Shown: positions 24,834 through 37,327, numbered from the whole stretch's first letter. The stretch is DNA of 61,239 nucleotides, filler included, from Pirum gemmata (GCA_002812295.1; 16 parts of 16 records of this genome joined end to end with filler, not necessarily neighbours in it), one strand, 5' to 3'. A program made the numbers and translations. The notes: generated by a model from the sequence alone, not told the origin.

Positions 24834-25020
24834 GGAATTATCCATAAAGGACGTCACCTAATCTTACCTATGCCTCTTTGTCCAAAACACTTTTGGTCAT
24901 AATTTTAAAGTTTATTTTTTAATAATTAATTACTACGTATACCTAAAACAGTTTAAGTCACACTTTCGAGCAATGACTTCTATCAAAGAATATTAAGTAA
25001 CGTCCTTTATGAATGTTCCT
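24834..25020. mobile_element. Second Zator-like MITE family (~187 bp); second copy at 60204-60390
   Basis: Imperfect TIRs GGAATTATCCATAAAGGACGTCAC...GTAACGTCCTTTATGAATGTTCCT; interior closely matches 60204-60390. Confidence 0.8.
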
Positions 25021-26252
25021 AAAGATGAAGGAAAGGAGTAGGAAAGGTCTCTTGAAAGAATGCTGTGCTTTCCAAAAAAAGACAGTAAAAAGACTGTAAA
25101 AAGACTCGAAAAAAGTCGAAAAAAGTCCCAAAAAAGTTCAAAAAAGACTCGAAAAAGACGAAAAAGACGACTTTTTTGGACTCTTTTGTTAAAAAATAGA
25201 CTAGTCCTAGTTCTCAAAATATTAAAAAAGATTTGCAATATTTTACTATCATAGCAACAGTACTGCAACAGTATAGTATTGCAACAAAGTTATACTACAG
25301 TTTATAAGTAGTTTATACTACTATCATATTCATACCACTTATTGCAATTATTGGTAATGGATATTTGAAGGCAAATTTATATAATATATATACATATATA
25401 AAAGCTAGAGTGTCGACAAGGCATGACTCGGCATCAGATTCTATAGATAAAAATTATTATTTTTTTAAATATTTATACAACATTGATACAGTATTGATAC
25501 CATATATGATACATATAGATAATGAATGAGAACTACGTTACGTATTTAATATTACAGTATTTAAAAGTGGATAGAATTTTTTTAGATTTTGATAGTAGTC
25601 CAATTATAGGCTTGAGTCTATAACTCCTCTATAATGTAAAAAGTTATATCAAAATACTTGATGATAAAATTTAAAATACCCAGTGTTATTTTTAATTTAT
25701 TTTTATTTATTTTTAATTAAAATGTTTTATTGTTATTATTATAATTATAATATTATCATATCAAATTATAAATAAAAGCTACCCTAACCCTAACCCTAAC
25801 CCTACCTCATCATATTTCAATAATACCATATGTATAATAAATGATTGAAAAGTGCCCCCTCTAGTAGCTAGCTAGCAGTTTGGCCGTGAATGGGTTCTGA
25901 ACCGTCACTGGAAGCGTTAGGGTTAGATAGAACTGAGAGGGTTAGGGTAATTATATAGCTAGCTAGCACTCTATGATAGCTAGCTAGCTAGAGCTAGAGC
26001 AACCTATATGAACTCTAGTAGCTAGCTATCAATAGCTACTAGTTAGCTAGAGCTACTAGCTAGCTAGTAGTCTATGCCAGCTAGTCTATGCATATAATGC
26101 ATATTGATACTATAGCTTTTTATAACTACTACTACTACTACTACTACTTTTAATTACTACTACTTATTATATAGTCTATGCATAATGCATATTGATACTA
26201 TAGCTTTTTATAACTACTACTACTACTACTACTACTTTTAATTACTACTACT

Positions 26253-26491
26253 TATCTTTTTCATGTCTAAGATGGAAAGCTTTAATATCATCAACATTTT
26301 TAGTGATGATTGAATTTGTGACTAAGTTTTTAACTTCATATGTTGTATTAATATCATCTATTTTTTTTATAATCTCCATAGGTCCATCAAATCGGATTTG
26401 AAACTTTTTTGATGTTTTTCCATCATTATCATATAATACAATTTGTTACGAATAAAGCATAAATCACCTGATTCAAATTCTTTTACTGAAT
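26253..26491 (-). pseudogene. Frameshifted C-terminal (GPY/F-type) fragment of a Gypsy/Ginger-like integrase
   Basis: VKEFESGDLCFIRNKLY / YDNDGKTSKKFQIRFDGPMEIIKKIDDINTTYEVKNLVTNSIITKNVDDIKAF fits FxxGDxV...KxxxRxxGPxxI...Y...xLK. Confidence 0.65.
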
Positions 26492-27445
26492 TAATATTAT
26501 ACTTTTTATAATATTATGATATTATATAATAATATTATGATAATAATAAAAAAAATTAAATACATATCATGTTATCATAATATCATAGCTAAAAAAAATC
26601 CTACAATTATCATAATATCTGATATATCAATATATCATATTACTAGAGTTAGTAGTCTACTAGCTATAGTGTCTATTCCTCCTTTCTTTTTTTAAAAAAT
26701 GCAAAGGAAAACAAGACTGAATGTAAACAGTAGTATTAAAGTAGTCAGGTAGTAGTAGTGGCGGTAGTATCATAGTATACATATCGATAATATTATAATA
26801 ATAGCCAATGGCTTCAAAAACTTGAAGTGCTTGTAATAGCCTAAAAAGCTGCCTAATGATAAAGATCAGATATCGATTCTATTAAAATATTTTGTCTCTA
26901 TTATCGTTATCATTATTATCGATACTATTACTATTATCATTATTATTACTAGTACTACTACTATCTTTATTATCATCATCATCAAAATTATTATTATTAT
27001 TATNNNNNNNNNNNNNNNNNNNNNNNNNNNNNNNNNNNNNNNNNNNNTTAATTAATTAANNNNNNNNNNNNNNNNNNNNNNNNNNNNNNNNNNNNNNNNN
27101 NNNATCATAATAAATTATTATTATTATAGCCTTATTATTATTATAATTATTATTATTATTAATTGTTTTATATATATTTATTTGATAATCTGAAAAAAAA
27201 TAGGAAAGGACGGATACAGGCAGTTTAGTGTACCTAAATCGTTAGTTAACATAACCGCTTAGCTTTTTTAATGCGAGATCGCTAATATAAATTGTTTAAT
27301 ACTCTTATCATAACAAAATTTAATTATAAAATAAATTTAATTGTAAAATAAATTAATTGTAAAATAAAGTCTGAAATTAAAGAACAAAAGTTATATTAAT
27401 TTAGTATTAAAATTTAATTTATTCCAGATTTAGTTAATTAATCAA

Positions 27446-28141
27446 TTAATTAATATAGTGAGTTTGGAAATCAGCAGCTTTGTAACACCAACTAGTGTTT
27501 GTTGATTGTTCTTGTTCAGTACAATCGTGAAACTCAACTTCATTTTTAGCGGTACCAACATCGCTTCTTTTTATTTGACAAGCTGCTTCAGAGGTAAAAA
27601 CTCTGCAATTTTCACCTGCAGCTGCATTATCACTACGACATGCAGTTCTATTAGTATCCATATTGTACGTAGTTTGTATCCAAGTTTCGTCATAAGAAGT
27701 ACTATTAGGAGAAGTCATATTCCAACAAGTCAAAGAAAGGTCAGGTCTTGCTGGGATGTCAGTATTAAGTGTTAATGAAGACTCAGTAGCTATATCAGCA
27801 TATAATAAAAACGAATTGATACATTCTTTGTAAGTATCAAAGCCTTGACAACTAACATTATCATCAAGGTTTTGTACACAACGCATTGAACCCCGTCTTA
27901 CGGTGTTTAAAGCATAGTAAGTCCCGTTGATTTCAGGGCAAAAGTAGGTCGTATGGCCGCATTTATTTGACCTGCAGGCTTTTGGGTTTTCAGCTTCTCT
28001 TTCGGCAATAGTTCGGTAGGTGTTCATATTCATAGCCGCTGTAAAATGATAGTCAGTAATATTATCGCATGCAGAAGCGAAAGGCGACTGCATGTAAAAA
28101 GCACCTATAACAACAACAGACTGAACGAAAGCAGAAAACAT
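27446..28141 (-). CDS. Secreted Cys-rich 231-aa protein with an internal two-fold repeat
   Basis: Hydrophobic N-terminus; repeated MNxYRT/MDTNRT, ACRS and CxxFxxxxxC motifs; several N-glycosylation sequons. Confidence 0.8.
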   Translation of the reverse strand: MFSAFVQSVVVIGAFYMQSPFASACDNITDYHFTAAMNMNTYRTIAEREAENPKACRSNKCGHTTYFCPEINGTYYALNTVRRGSMRCVQNLDDNVSCQGFDTYKECINSFLLYADIATESSLTLNTDIPARPDLSLTCWNMTSPNSTSYDETWIQTTYNMDTNRTACRSDNAAAGENCRVFTSEAACQIKRSDVGTAKNEVEFHDCTEQEQSTNTSWCYKAADFQTHYIN

Positions 28142-28444
28142 GGTTTTTATATATTAAAATTAATTAATTTATTTTAAATTTATTATTTTACTATTTTAAA
28201 GTTTAGTTATTATATAATAATAATAATTGTTGTTCTTTTTTGTTTTTTTATTTTTTGTTTTTATTTTTTGTTTTTTGTTTTTTTTGTGGTTGTTTGTTTT
28301 TTATTTATAGTTTTTGCTCATCTCAGTTTCCCCTTGGGAAGAACGAAGAGTTGTATAATTGTATTATCATAATTAATTTATTATTAAATCATAAGGGGCT
28401 TTTAATTTTTTTTTTTTTTTTTCTAGAAAATAAAAAAAAAAATA

Positions 28445-28697
28445 GATCCTGTTTTTCTGTAAAAAGGAGAGGAGTACTACGGTTACAAACTTACAGTACT
28501 AGTAATACATATATCATATAGCTAGTTTAAATAATATAGTTGCAATTTGTCAACACTGTTTTGTTTCAATAAGTTAATGATTTGATGGTCGTTTGGTTTT
28601 GGCTTGTTGTATTTCTCATAGTAACACCATAATATATTATTGATAGCATTTGTATTGTTCTTTTGTTGTAGAAATATTGGGTTTTTACTTTTGTTCT
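28445..28697. repeat. Dispersed repeat family D; other copies at 30155-30330 and 41930-42155 (inverted)
   Basis: Shared ATAAGTTAATGATTTGAT...CTTGTTGTA...TTGTATTGTTCTTTTGTT. Confidence 0.7.
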
Positions 28698-29604
28698 TAT
28701 CGTCTATTTCATTAGTTGCCCTTTAAATCTTTAATTTGGTACTGTTTAAGTGTATAACTGAACTTGTTTATAAAATAAAATTAAGTATAAAATACCAAAT
28801 TAATTAAAACATGTCTGATAGTTTAACCATAATAATAATTTGGTACGTTTATTTCAGTTTTCGAACTGAAAAAACTACATGAAAACCCCGATAATTTATT
28901 TCTAAAGGGAACATTCATTAATGACGTCACTTTTGGAAATATCCTTTTTCAAGATTTCCATTTTAATGACTTATATCGCAATCTGAAAGCTCATAATTTT
29001 TATCTGATAGGGTCGGTCAGAAAGTGAGAGGGTCTTTATGCAACCTAAAGAACTTTAATTAATTAATTAAAAGGTGGCCGCTGGCTAGTCTAGCTACTAC
29101 GACTCGGCGGTGGCCATGAAAGCATCCAAAAAAAACCAAGGAGTTGATTTAATATTAGTTGAACTCTGAAAAAACTTGAAAAAACACAAAAAAGACTCAA
29201 AAAAAACTTCAAAAAAGCTAAGTTTTCCTAAAAATTTAGCACCAAAAAAATGCCAAAAAAAAGATCCGCAAATTAAATTGTAACAAAATTTCCTCCAGCC
29301 AAAGAGTCAAAGATTGGTAGAGTATATTGAGTGTATATTGGTAGTTTGTACGTAAGTTACGTAACACTACGTTATTATTTTTAGTATATTGAGTGTATAT
29401 TGGTAGTTTGTACGTAAGTTACGTAACACTACGTTATTATTTTTTTCAGCTCGTTTTTCTCATTTTTTATGATTATTTATAAAGAGCACCATTTGGGCGC
29501 AGATTTTGATTTTTTTTTTTTTTTATAAAAACCTCGAACTATTCTATAAAAAACATAGTCTAGCTAGGTAGGACTGTCATAGGTCTATCTAGTCCTCTAG
29601 TCTA

Positions 29605-30570
29605 TTGTGCTTTTCCGTGTGCTTTTCATTTATTTTGTCTAGCTTATTTTGTCACTCCGAATATTTATTTGGTTGTTTATAATATTTAAATTGATACTTT
29701 TAAATAAATAAACGTATAATAAAATATACCAAATTAAGGGAGTTTTGGGCATCATAATAAGAAAATTTTTTAGATGGATGAAAAAGAAAAAAAGAGTCCA
29801 GAAAGAAACCTCAAAAAATCTAAGCTCGTTGTACAGTTAAATTGTACTAGTCTATTTTTTTTTATTATTATCATATTATTATAAATCATTTTGAGGTTTT
29901 TTGGATTTTTTTTAAAAAAAAAAGTTCCTGTTTAGACTCTGCTTAGTCTAGGTTACAGTCGAGGTTACAGTTATCTAATACCGGTATATATTGTGCTTTT
30001 CATTTATTTTGTCACTCTGAATAGTTATGCATATTTATTTGGTGGTTTATAACCTTTAAATTGACATTTTTTTATATTGTTTTAATTTGGTACTTTTTAT
30101 TGTATATTTTATTATGACAAAATGACTGAAAAGCACTATAGTTAAATTTTAAAGTTGTAATTTGTTGATTTGTTTCATAATGCTTTGGTATAAGTTAATG
30201 ATTTGATTGTCAGTTGGCTGTGATCATGACTTGTTGTACTTTTCATAATAAGACCATAATATATAGAATCTATGATGAGTAATTGTATTGTTCTTTTGTT
30301 ATAGAAATATTTGTTTTTAAACTTTGTTCCTAGAATTATAGCTTTGTAGTCGTTGTTGTGGATTGTTGGAGTTGTCGTCTATATGTTATATTATATTATC
30401 GTGCTTTTCATTTATTTTGTCACTCTAAATATTTATTTGGTGGGTTATAATATTTAAGTTGACATTTTTAAATCAATACATAGATAATAAAATATACGAA
30501 ATTAAATTAAATGGTATTATATTGTGATAATTTGGTACTCTTTATTGAATATTTTATTATGGCAAAATAA
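29605..30570 (+). mobile_element. Cluster of three MITE family A copies (29605-29737 partial, 29989-30140, 30397-30570)
   Basis: Each starts GTGCTTTTCATTTATTTTGTC and shares the internal AATATTTATTTGGT-type core. Confidence 0.85.
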
Positions 30571-31174
30571 ATGCTGTGCTGCTGCTGTGCTGCTGTGCTG
30601 TGCTGGTTATCATACTCCTAGCTAGCTAGCTAGCTAGACTACAGTAGAGTTTGAGCTAAGACTTTTTGGCTTGCTTTTGGTCCGCTTTTCAGTAATTTAG
30701 TTTTATCCTATCGTGACTAGATTTATCGTGATAATTAATTTATTATAATTATTATAATAAGTATTATAATTATATTATTATTNNNNNNNNNNNNNNNNNN
30801 NNNNNNNNNNNNNNNNNNNNNNNNNNTTAATTAATTAANNNNNNNNNNNNNNNNNNNNNNNNNNNNNNNNNNNNNNNNNNNNAAATAAATATTCAGAGTG
30901 ACAAAAGAAATGAAAAGCACGATAATTTTTTTTCAAAAATCAAGAGTTCAAAAAAAAAAAAACTCCTTGCAAAAATACAATAATCTATAGCTACCGGTAG
31001 GTGATCTAGCTAGCTACTTTATTAGAAGTGGTGACTCTAGCTAGCTAGACAGCTAGCTAGCCAGTCTACCAGTATTCTAAAAGTATTCTAAACTAAAGGT
31101 TGCCAGTTCGACTATGACACTTTTTTAAAAGTTAGACTACTGTGGTTACTGTCTACTTATTGGCCAGGTAAACG

Positions 31175-31428
31175 GTTAGGGTTAGGGTTAGGGTTAGGGT
31201 TAGGGTTAGGGTTAGGGTTAGGGTTAGGGTTAGGGTTAGAGTTAGGGTTAGGGTTAGNNNNNNNNNNNNNNNNNNNNNNNNNNNNNNNNNNNNNNNNNNN
31301 NNNNNNNNNNNNNNNNNNNNNNNNNNNNNNNNNNNNNNNNNNNNNNNNNNNNTTAGGGTTAGGGTTAGGGTTAGGGTTAGGGTTAGGGTTAGGGTTAGGG
31401 TTAGGGTTAGGGTTAGGGTTAGGGTTAG
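31175..31428 (+). repeat. Interstitial (TTAGGG)n array spanning an N gap
   Basis: Perfect units on both sides of the gap; GCCAGGTAAAC occurs just before and just after the array. Confidence 0.9.
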
Positions 31429-31461
31429 AATCAGCCAGGTAAACTGGCTAGGTATTACTAC

Positions 31462-31650
31462 TATTGCGCTTTGCTTTTATTTTGTCCCTCCGAATATTTA
31501 TTTGGTTGGTTATAATATTTAAATTGACATTTTTAAATGAATAAATAGATAATAAAATATAACAAATTAAGTGAAATGGATTAATATTATATTAAATTGG
31601 TAGTCTTTATTGTATATTTTATGATGACTAAACAACTGAAAAGCACAATA
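31462..31650 (+). mobile_element. MITE family A copy
   Basis: TATTGCGCTTT...AAAAGCACAATA termini with the conserved interior. Confidence 0.85.
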
Positions 31651-32365
31651 CAGTACTAAGCTCTAGCTAGAACTAAGCTAACTAACTTGGAGAGTATCGA
31701 TAAACAGTAAACTAGAGTCTAGCTATTACTATTACTATTATAATAATTACTATTACTATTACTATTACTATCACTATTACTATTACTATTATTATTACTA
31801 TTAATATTAATATTGCTATTACAATCATTAACATTGCCATTACTATTATTATTACTATTGTTATTGCTATTACAAAATTACTATTATTTGTTTTTTTCTT
31901 TATATATTCTTTATATGGTAACTTTAAAGTCAAAATTGACAAATTAAGTAATAAGTATTTAATTATTACCTTTTTAGTAACTTCAGGTGTTATCTACAGT
32001 TTATCTACCTAATTTGTAGTTACCAGTGGAATGTATGATACAAACAATATTTTAAAAACGACCAACATTTTTTTACTAATTAAAAGTCTTTTTTAAAAGT
32101 GTTTGAAAATTTCAAATCTATTAAATACCTTATAATATTACTATTTTTCGAAAATTTAAATTCTAAAAAAACCCAAAAGTTAGATGTTTTTTAATTGTTT
32201 GCACGCACCAAAGGAGGTTTTTTTCTCATACTAGTCTAGCTAGCTACACCTCTGAGTCTGGACTCTGGAAGCCGAAACCGACGAAGCCGAAGCCGAAGCC
32301 TTCAAGCCGAAGGACTACAGAAAGAACCCCCCCACAGCTTGTAGTCACTCGTCAATGAGTGGTAT

Positions 32366-32647
32366 GGGAGCGTTCAATAATTACGTAACGCTGGGGGGTA
32401 GGTAGGGGGGGTCGGATTTTTGTGACAGGCCGTGACGCAGTAGGGGGGTAGGTTTTCGAAATATGACATAACGCAAAAAAAAATATATATATATACCCTA
32501 TATATAACATGAGGGGTAATTTAGGGTACTATTTTTTCCAAATCGTTACGTCATAAGGGGTAGTTAGTCCTTTTTAGGCCGTTACACAGGGGGTAGTAGG
32601 GTAGGTTTTTGTCCCAAATCTGCGTTACGTAATTATTGAACGCTCCC
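32366..32647. mobile_element. Complete 282-bp MITE with perfect 26-bp TIRs and a TAT TSD (Zator-like)
   Basis: GGGAGCGTTCAATAATTACGTAACGC...GCGTTACGTAATTATTGAACGCTCCC with TAT on both flanks; empty paralogous site CAATGAGTGGTATGA at about 32909-32923. Confidence 0.92.
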
Positions 32648-33816
32648 TATGAGCAGGGGTATGAGTCGGATGACCACAATAATCAGTGCGCAGTATTAAA
32701 TACTAAGTAATAATATTATATTAATTAAAGGTAATATAATTTTTTTTAAAAAAAAAAATTTGTCTAACATAATTTGTGTTGTTTAATATATATTTTTTAA
32801 AAAAAAATTTAAAATTTTTTTGTGTCACATAATGACTCACATTGTGTGTCTGTCATTTTTTTATTTTTCACATACCATTTATGGTTCCAGCTCCAAATCT
32901 AGTGTAGCCAATGAGTGGTATGATTGGCATTGATTGCTGTAATCAGTGCATTATCAGTGCGCAGAAATAGATTGTAAATTAATTACTAGCTAGAAAGTAA
33001 GTAATACACAGATTATACACTCTAGCTAGGTAGTACTCTAGGTATAATAAAGGTATAAACCGTATAATGTATTTAAAAAAAATATACTGTAATATAGCAC
33101 TGTAGTATAAACCAATACATGTCATTTTTTATTTTTCACTAGTTATTTTCTACATATTAATACCAGTATTTTTTTTTTAAAAAAAAAGTATGCGTCGACG
33201 CACTGTCGACGCAACGTCGTACGGTAATAATGCAGTATGACTATAGATTGCAAAGTAAGTATTAATTTTTTAAAAAAATATAAACAGTATAATAAACTAA
33301 TCCATAATTTGTATCATGTCATTTTTTATTTTCACTTACCATTTCTAGTTAGTTCCAGCTATCTAACTTTAAAAAAACTAAGTACTGATTTTAAAAAGTG
33401 ATTTTCCCTTCTAAAAAGAAGAGTCCAGAATTATTTATCTGTTTTAAAAAATAATAAAATACGAATGTGAAAAAAAAGAGAGGAAATCTCAACTTCTCAA
33501 GTGCGTATGATAGACAGAACAAATATACTACAAATATACACCCAGCTGTGTATACACCGGCAATCCGGCATAGCCGCACTATCCGAAAGGGTTTTCGGAT
33601 CGATCCGAAACCTCCGGATCGGGATAAGGTCCCGAAAATTTGTCGGACTCACAACCCTGTATGTATCATAAATGTTAACTATTGATATTAATTATATTAT
33701 TTATATATAACCTAACCCTAACCATTTTTTTAATATGTATCATTATAATGATTCATATTATCATAAAAAAAAAAAAAAAGCACAAAAAAAAAGGCACAAA
33801 AAAAAAGGCAAGTTTA

Positions 33817-33997
33817 TATTGTGCTTTTCAGTTGTTTTGCATATACAATTAATAAAGAGTATCAAATTAAAATACAATATAAATCCATTTCATTTCATTA
33901 TATTTTATTATCCATTTATTCATTTACAATGTCTATTAAAAAATTATAACCAACCAAATAAATATTCAAAGTGACAAAATAAAAAAAAAGCGCTATA
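33817..33997 (-). mobile_element. MITE family A copy (inverted); another partial copy at about 34410-34572
   Basis: ATTGTGCTTTTCAGTTGTTTTG...AATATTCAAAGTGACAAAATAAA. Confidence 0.8.
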
Positions 33998-34064
33998 ATC
34001 ATTACATGCCTGTAATATTATTCAAAGACTTGTTTTTTCATGGAGTCTTTGCTTTTTATTACAA

Positions 34065-34152
34065 GGGTTAGGGTTAGGGTTAGGGTTAGGGTTAGGGTTA
34101 GGGTTAGGGTTAGGGTTAGGGTTAGGGTTAGGGTTAGGGTTAGGGTTAGGGG
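34065..34152 (+). repeat. Interstitial (TTAGGG)n array
   Basis: About 14 perfect units; TATTACAA occurs on both flanks. Confidence 0.95.
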
Positions 34153-34919
34153 TATTACAAACCAGCCCTATGTCTGTAATACGGGGACTCTTAGCAATTA
34201 TTAAAAGAAGCTTAGTAACAATGTAACGACTTTATTATTATATTATATTGACTGCTTTTCCCTTCTTGTTGTAGTTCAGTTGTTTTTTGTTGCAGTATTA
34301 TTTATATTATTTTCTGGTCTTTATCTGTTTTAAAATTTATCGATGATATCATAATACGAATTCGAATGTGAAAAAAAAAGAGAAAATCCCCAGTGCGTAC
34401 ATAATTATATATAGTGCTCATGAAATAAACAATAAATAGTACCAAATAAATACAATATAAATCCATTTGGTATGTTTTGATATATTTTATTATCTATGTA
34501 TTGATTTAAAAATGTCAATTAAAAGATTATAACCCTCCAAATAAATATTCAGAGTGACAAAATAAATGAAATACCATGAACTAAAAAAAGCTGTCGTCTA
34601 TTTCATTACAGTTGTTCAAGTACAGCTTCAAATACCCCTACCTACCTACCCCTTGATNTTTTTTTTTTTTTTTTTTTTTTCACATTGTAGAACATTGCAA
34701 CAAATAGAACCTTCTGGTAGATGTTGGTTGCTGTAATTTGTTGTTGTATGTAATAATAATATAAAATAAATTCAACAAAAAAAAAAAGAGGAAAAAAATA
34801 ATAATATAAAAGCCAAATAAAAGTAAGAAAAAAAATATATATATTATAATAAAATATCATTTTTACCACATTTCACGCATCCAATACTAACCTCAAATTA
34901 ATCACTTGTTATTTTAAAT

Positions 34920-35053
34920 ATGAAATTTGTTGCTCTTGCTATAATGGCCATCTGTGCCTGCCTTTCAGAAACCGAGGGAGGAAGTATAAGAAGTACTGCA
35001 GACACCACCAAACGGTGTGGAAATAATTGGGTAAAAACAAATGACAACTGCAG
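34920..35053 (+). CDS. N-terminus of a secreted protein, truncated by the contig end
   Basis: Signal-peptide-like start MKFVALAIMAICACLS. Confidence 0.6.
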
Positions 35054-35499
35054 NNNNNNNNNNNNNNNNNNNNNNNNNNNNNNNNNNNNNNNNNNNNTTA
35101 ATTAATTAANNNNNNNNNNNNNNNNNNNNNNNNNNNNNNNNNNNNNNNNNNNNTTTATTTTATTTTATTTTATTTTATTTTAATTTATTTTAATTAATAA
35201 TAATAATAATGATAATAATAAAATAATAATATATGTTAGAGAGCTACTAGCTAGAGGTCTCTACTACTAGCTAGCTAGCTAGCTACTAGCTAGCTCGTGG
35301 GTAGCGTGGCTATATCGATATGTATAGTATAAAAGAGATAAAAATGAAAAATAAAAAGATAAAATTTTATTCTATTACATAAAATAAATTTTCTATTTCT
35401 CTCTTTTTTTTTTGTTATTTTTTTAAATCAAATAACAATACTTTTTATATTTCTAATTTTTGCAACATAAACAAACAAACAAACTAACAAACAAACAAA

Positions 35500-36309
35500 A
35501 TGCGGGTTGCAAATCCAAATAGCTTCTCCAAAGAGAATAGTAATAGTGTAACATTCAATAATAAGATTAATAAAAACCAACAAACACACTCCCCTATAAA
35601 AACTATAAACATCTATGCCATTAATAAAGAATCTAGTTTGACAATTGAATCAGAAAGCGAATCAGAGTATGACGACAACTACAATGATGATTATATAAAT
35701 TTAAATAATAATGTTAATAGTAACAGTAATAATGAGGGAGGAATGGTATATCATCCTAACCTTAATAATGAAACAGAAAACAATAATATTAATGAACCAG
35801 AAAACAATGAAGATAGTGATTTTGACAATGAAGATAGTGATTTTGACAATGAAGATAGTGATTTTGACAATGAAGATAGTGAATTCGATGATTTTGATAA
35901 TTTAGAAGAAAATTTTGATGAAAGTTTGACAGTTAGGTTTTGTAAATATGAATACTGGGGGGAATCATTTAGTCCTGAAATTTACAACCGGGAGAAAATT
36001 GAAACACCATGCTATACAATAGATGATTTAAGTGTTATAAGCCAAGAAGTATTAGACTTTAAAGCTCAAGAAATGAATATTCATCCACAAAGTCTCTGTT
36101 ACACCAACTTTCATGACAGCGATAAACGTCAACAGTATGTTAAAGTAAAACTACAATTATTAAAAATACAAGATCGGTTGGATAACTTAGTGGAAGAACA
36201 AATGAATACGGAACAAAACACTTCTAATTTTCAAATGCAAAATATCGTGTTTTTGAAGAAGAAACTACTGTTTCTTTCCAATAAATTCAAAACTGAATTT
36301 CAAATTTGA
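35500..36309 (+). CDS. 269-aa protein with a Phactr/Bni4-type PP1-binding domain
   Basis: LTVRF...SPEIYNR...ISQEVLDFKAQEMNIHPQSLCYTNFH parallels the Phactr C-terminal pattern IRF...DYDR...IRKELNEFKxxEMEVHxxSRHxTRFH. Confidence 0.8.
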   Translation: MRVANPNSFSKENSNSVTFNNKINKNQQTHSPIKTINIYAINKESSLTIESESESEYDDNYNDDYINLNNNVNSNSNNEGGMVYHPNLNNETENNNINEPENNEDSDFDNEDSDFDNEDSDFDNEDSEFDDFDNLEENFDESLTVRFCKYEYWGESFSPEIYNREKIETPCYTIDDLSVISQEVLDFKAQEMNIHPQSLCYTNFHDSDKRQQYVKVKLQLLKIQDRLDNLVEEQMNTEQNTSNFQMQNIVFLKKKLLFLSNKFKTEFQI

Positions 36310-36398
36310 AAGTTAATAACAATATAATAATATAATATTAATAATATAATAAATAATAATGATTAATAATGAATAATAATAATACTAATAATATTAAT

Positions 36399-36436
<38 letters not shown>

Positions 36437-37221
36437 GAATAATAACAATAATAGCAAAATAGAGATAAAATAGTAATAAAAGTTTTATTATATATAATAT
36501 ACACATTGCATAGTAAATAAAAATCATTTTTTTCAAACAGTTATTATCAAAATATACTTCTAATAATACTACCACTTCTTTAACCCTAACCCTAACAATG
36601 GCGGTGTTACTATGACGGTGATTATTAATTATAACTTAGCAACGATTACCTAATCTTTACACTTACAATAATCACCATCTAAATAACAGCAACAGCAATG
36701 GAGACATGGGTGTTTATAGTAATAGTAATAGTAATAGTAATATTAATAGTAATATTAATAGTAATATTAATAGTAATAGTAATAGTAATATTAATAGTAA
36801 ACCCGAGTTACCGCCCGTGGGTTCATATACTATCATCATCATTTTTGTTCTCGCTGCGGCTATTACATTATATTGATTACTTTAGTAGATAACTACTTCT
36901 ACTTTGAATACTTTCTAATAACACTACTACGTATATAATGCTGTATTATCATTTTTATTGTTCTTGCAGAACTGCAGAGGATTTTAATGAAAAACAAATA
37001 GGGCTACTAGTTCTACTACACATTGTTTACTTTTAGTGATATCATTATTATTAATACTGAGTTATTGTTATTGTTGTTGTTGTCGCTACTATTATTACTA
37101 ATGTTGCGATTATATTGATTATTTTATATTCTATATATAGATTATTGTTATAATATTATTCTTATAATATTACTTATTATAATTATCTGGTACCGGTATT
37201 TAATAATAATAATAATAATAA

Positions 37222-37296
37222 TTGAAGCAAGAATTGTTGTGAAAGTAACCAATAAACTCGCTATTTTTAAACTATATAATATATATTATGTAATTA

Positions 37297-37327
<31 letters not shown>

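Noticed and set aside
24993..25268. Lys/Arg-rich ORF resembling a protamine- or histone-like peptide
   Set aside because: Translation of an AAAAAGACT-type minisatellite
33570..33660. Palindrome-rich GC stretch as a possible tRNA or structured ncRNA
   Set aside because: No cloverleaf or A/B boxes; more likely transposon subterminal repeats ending ACAACCCTG, but no partner end was found
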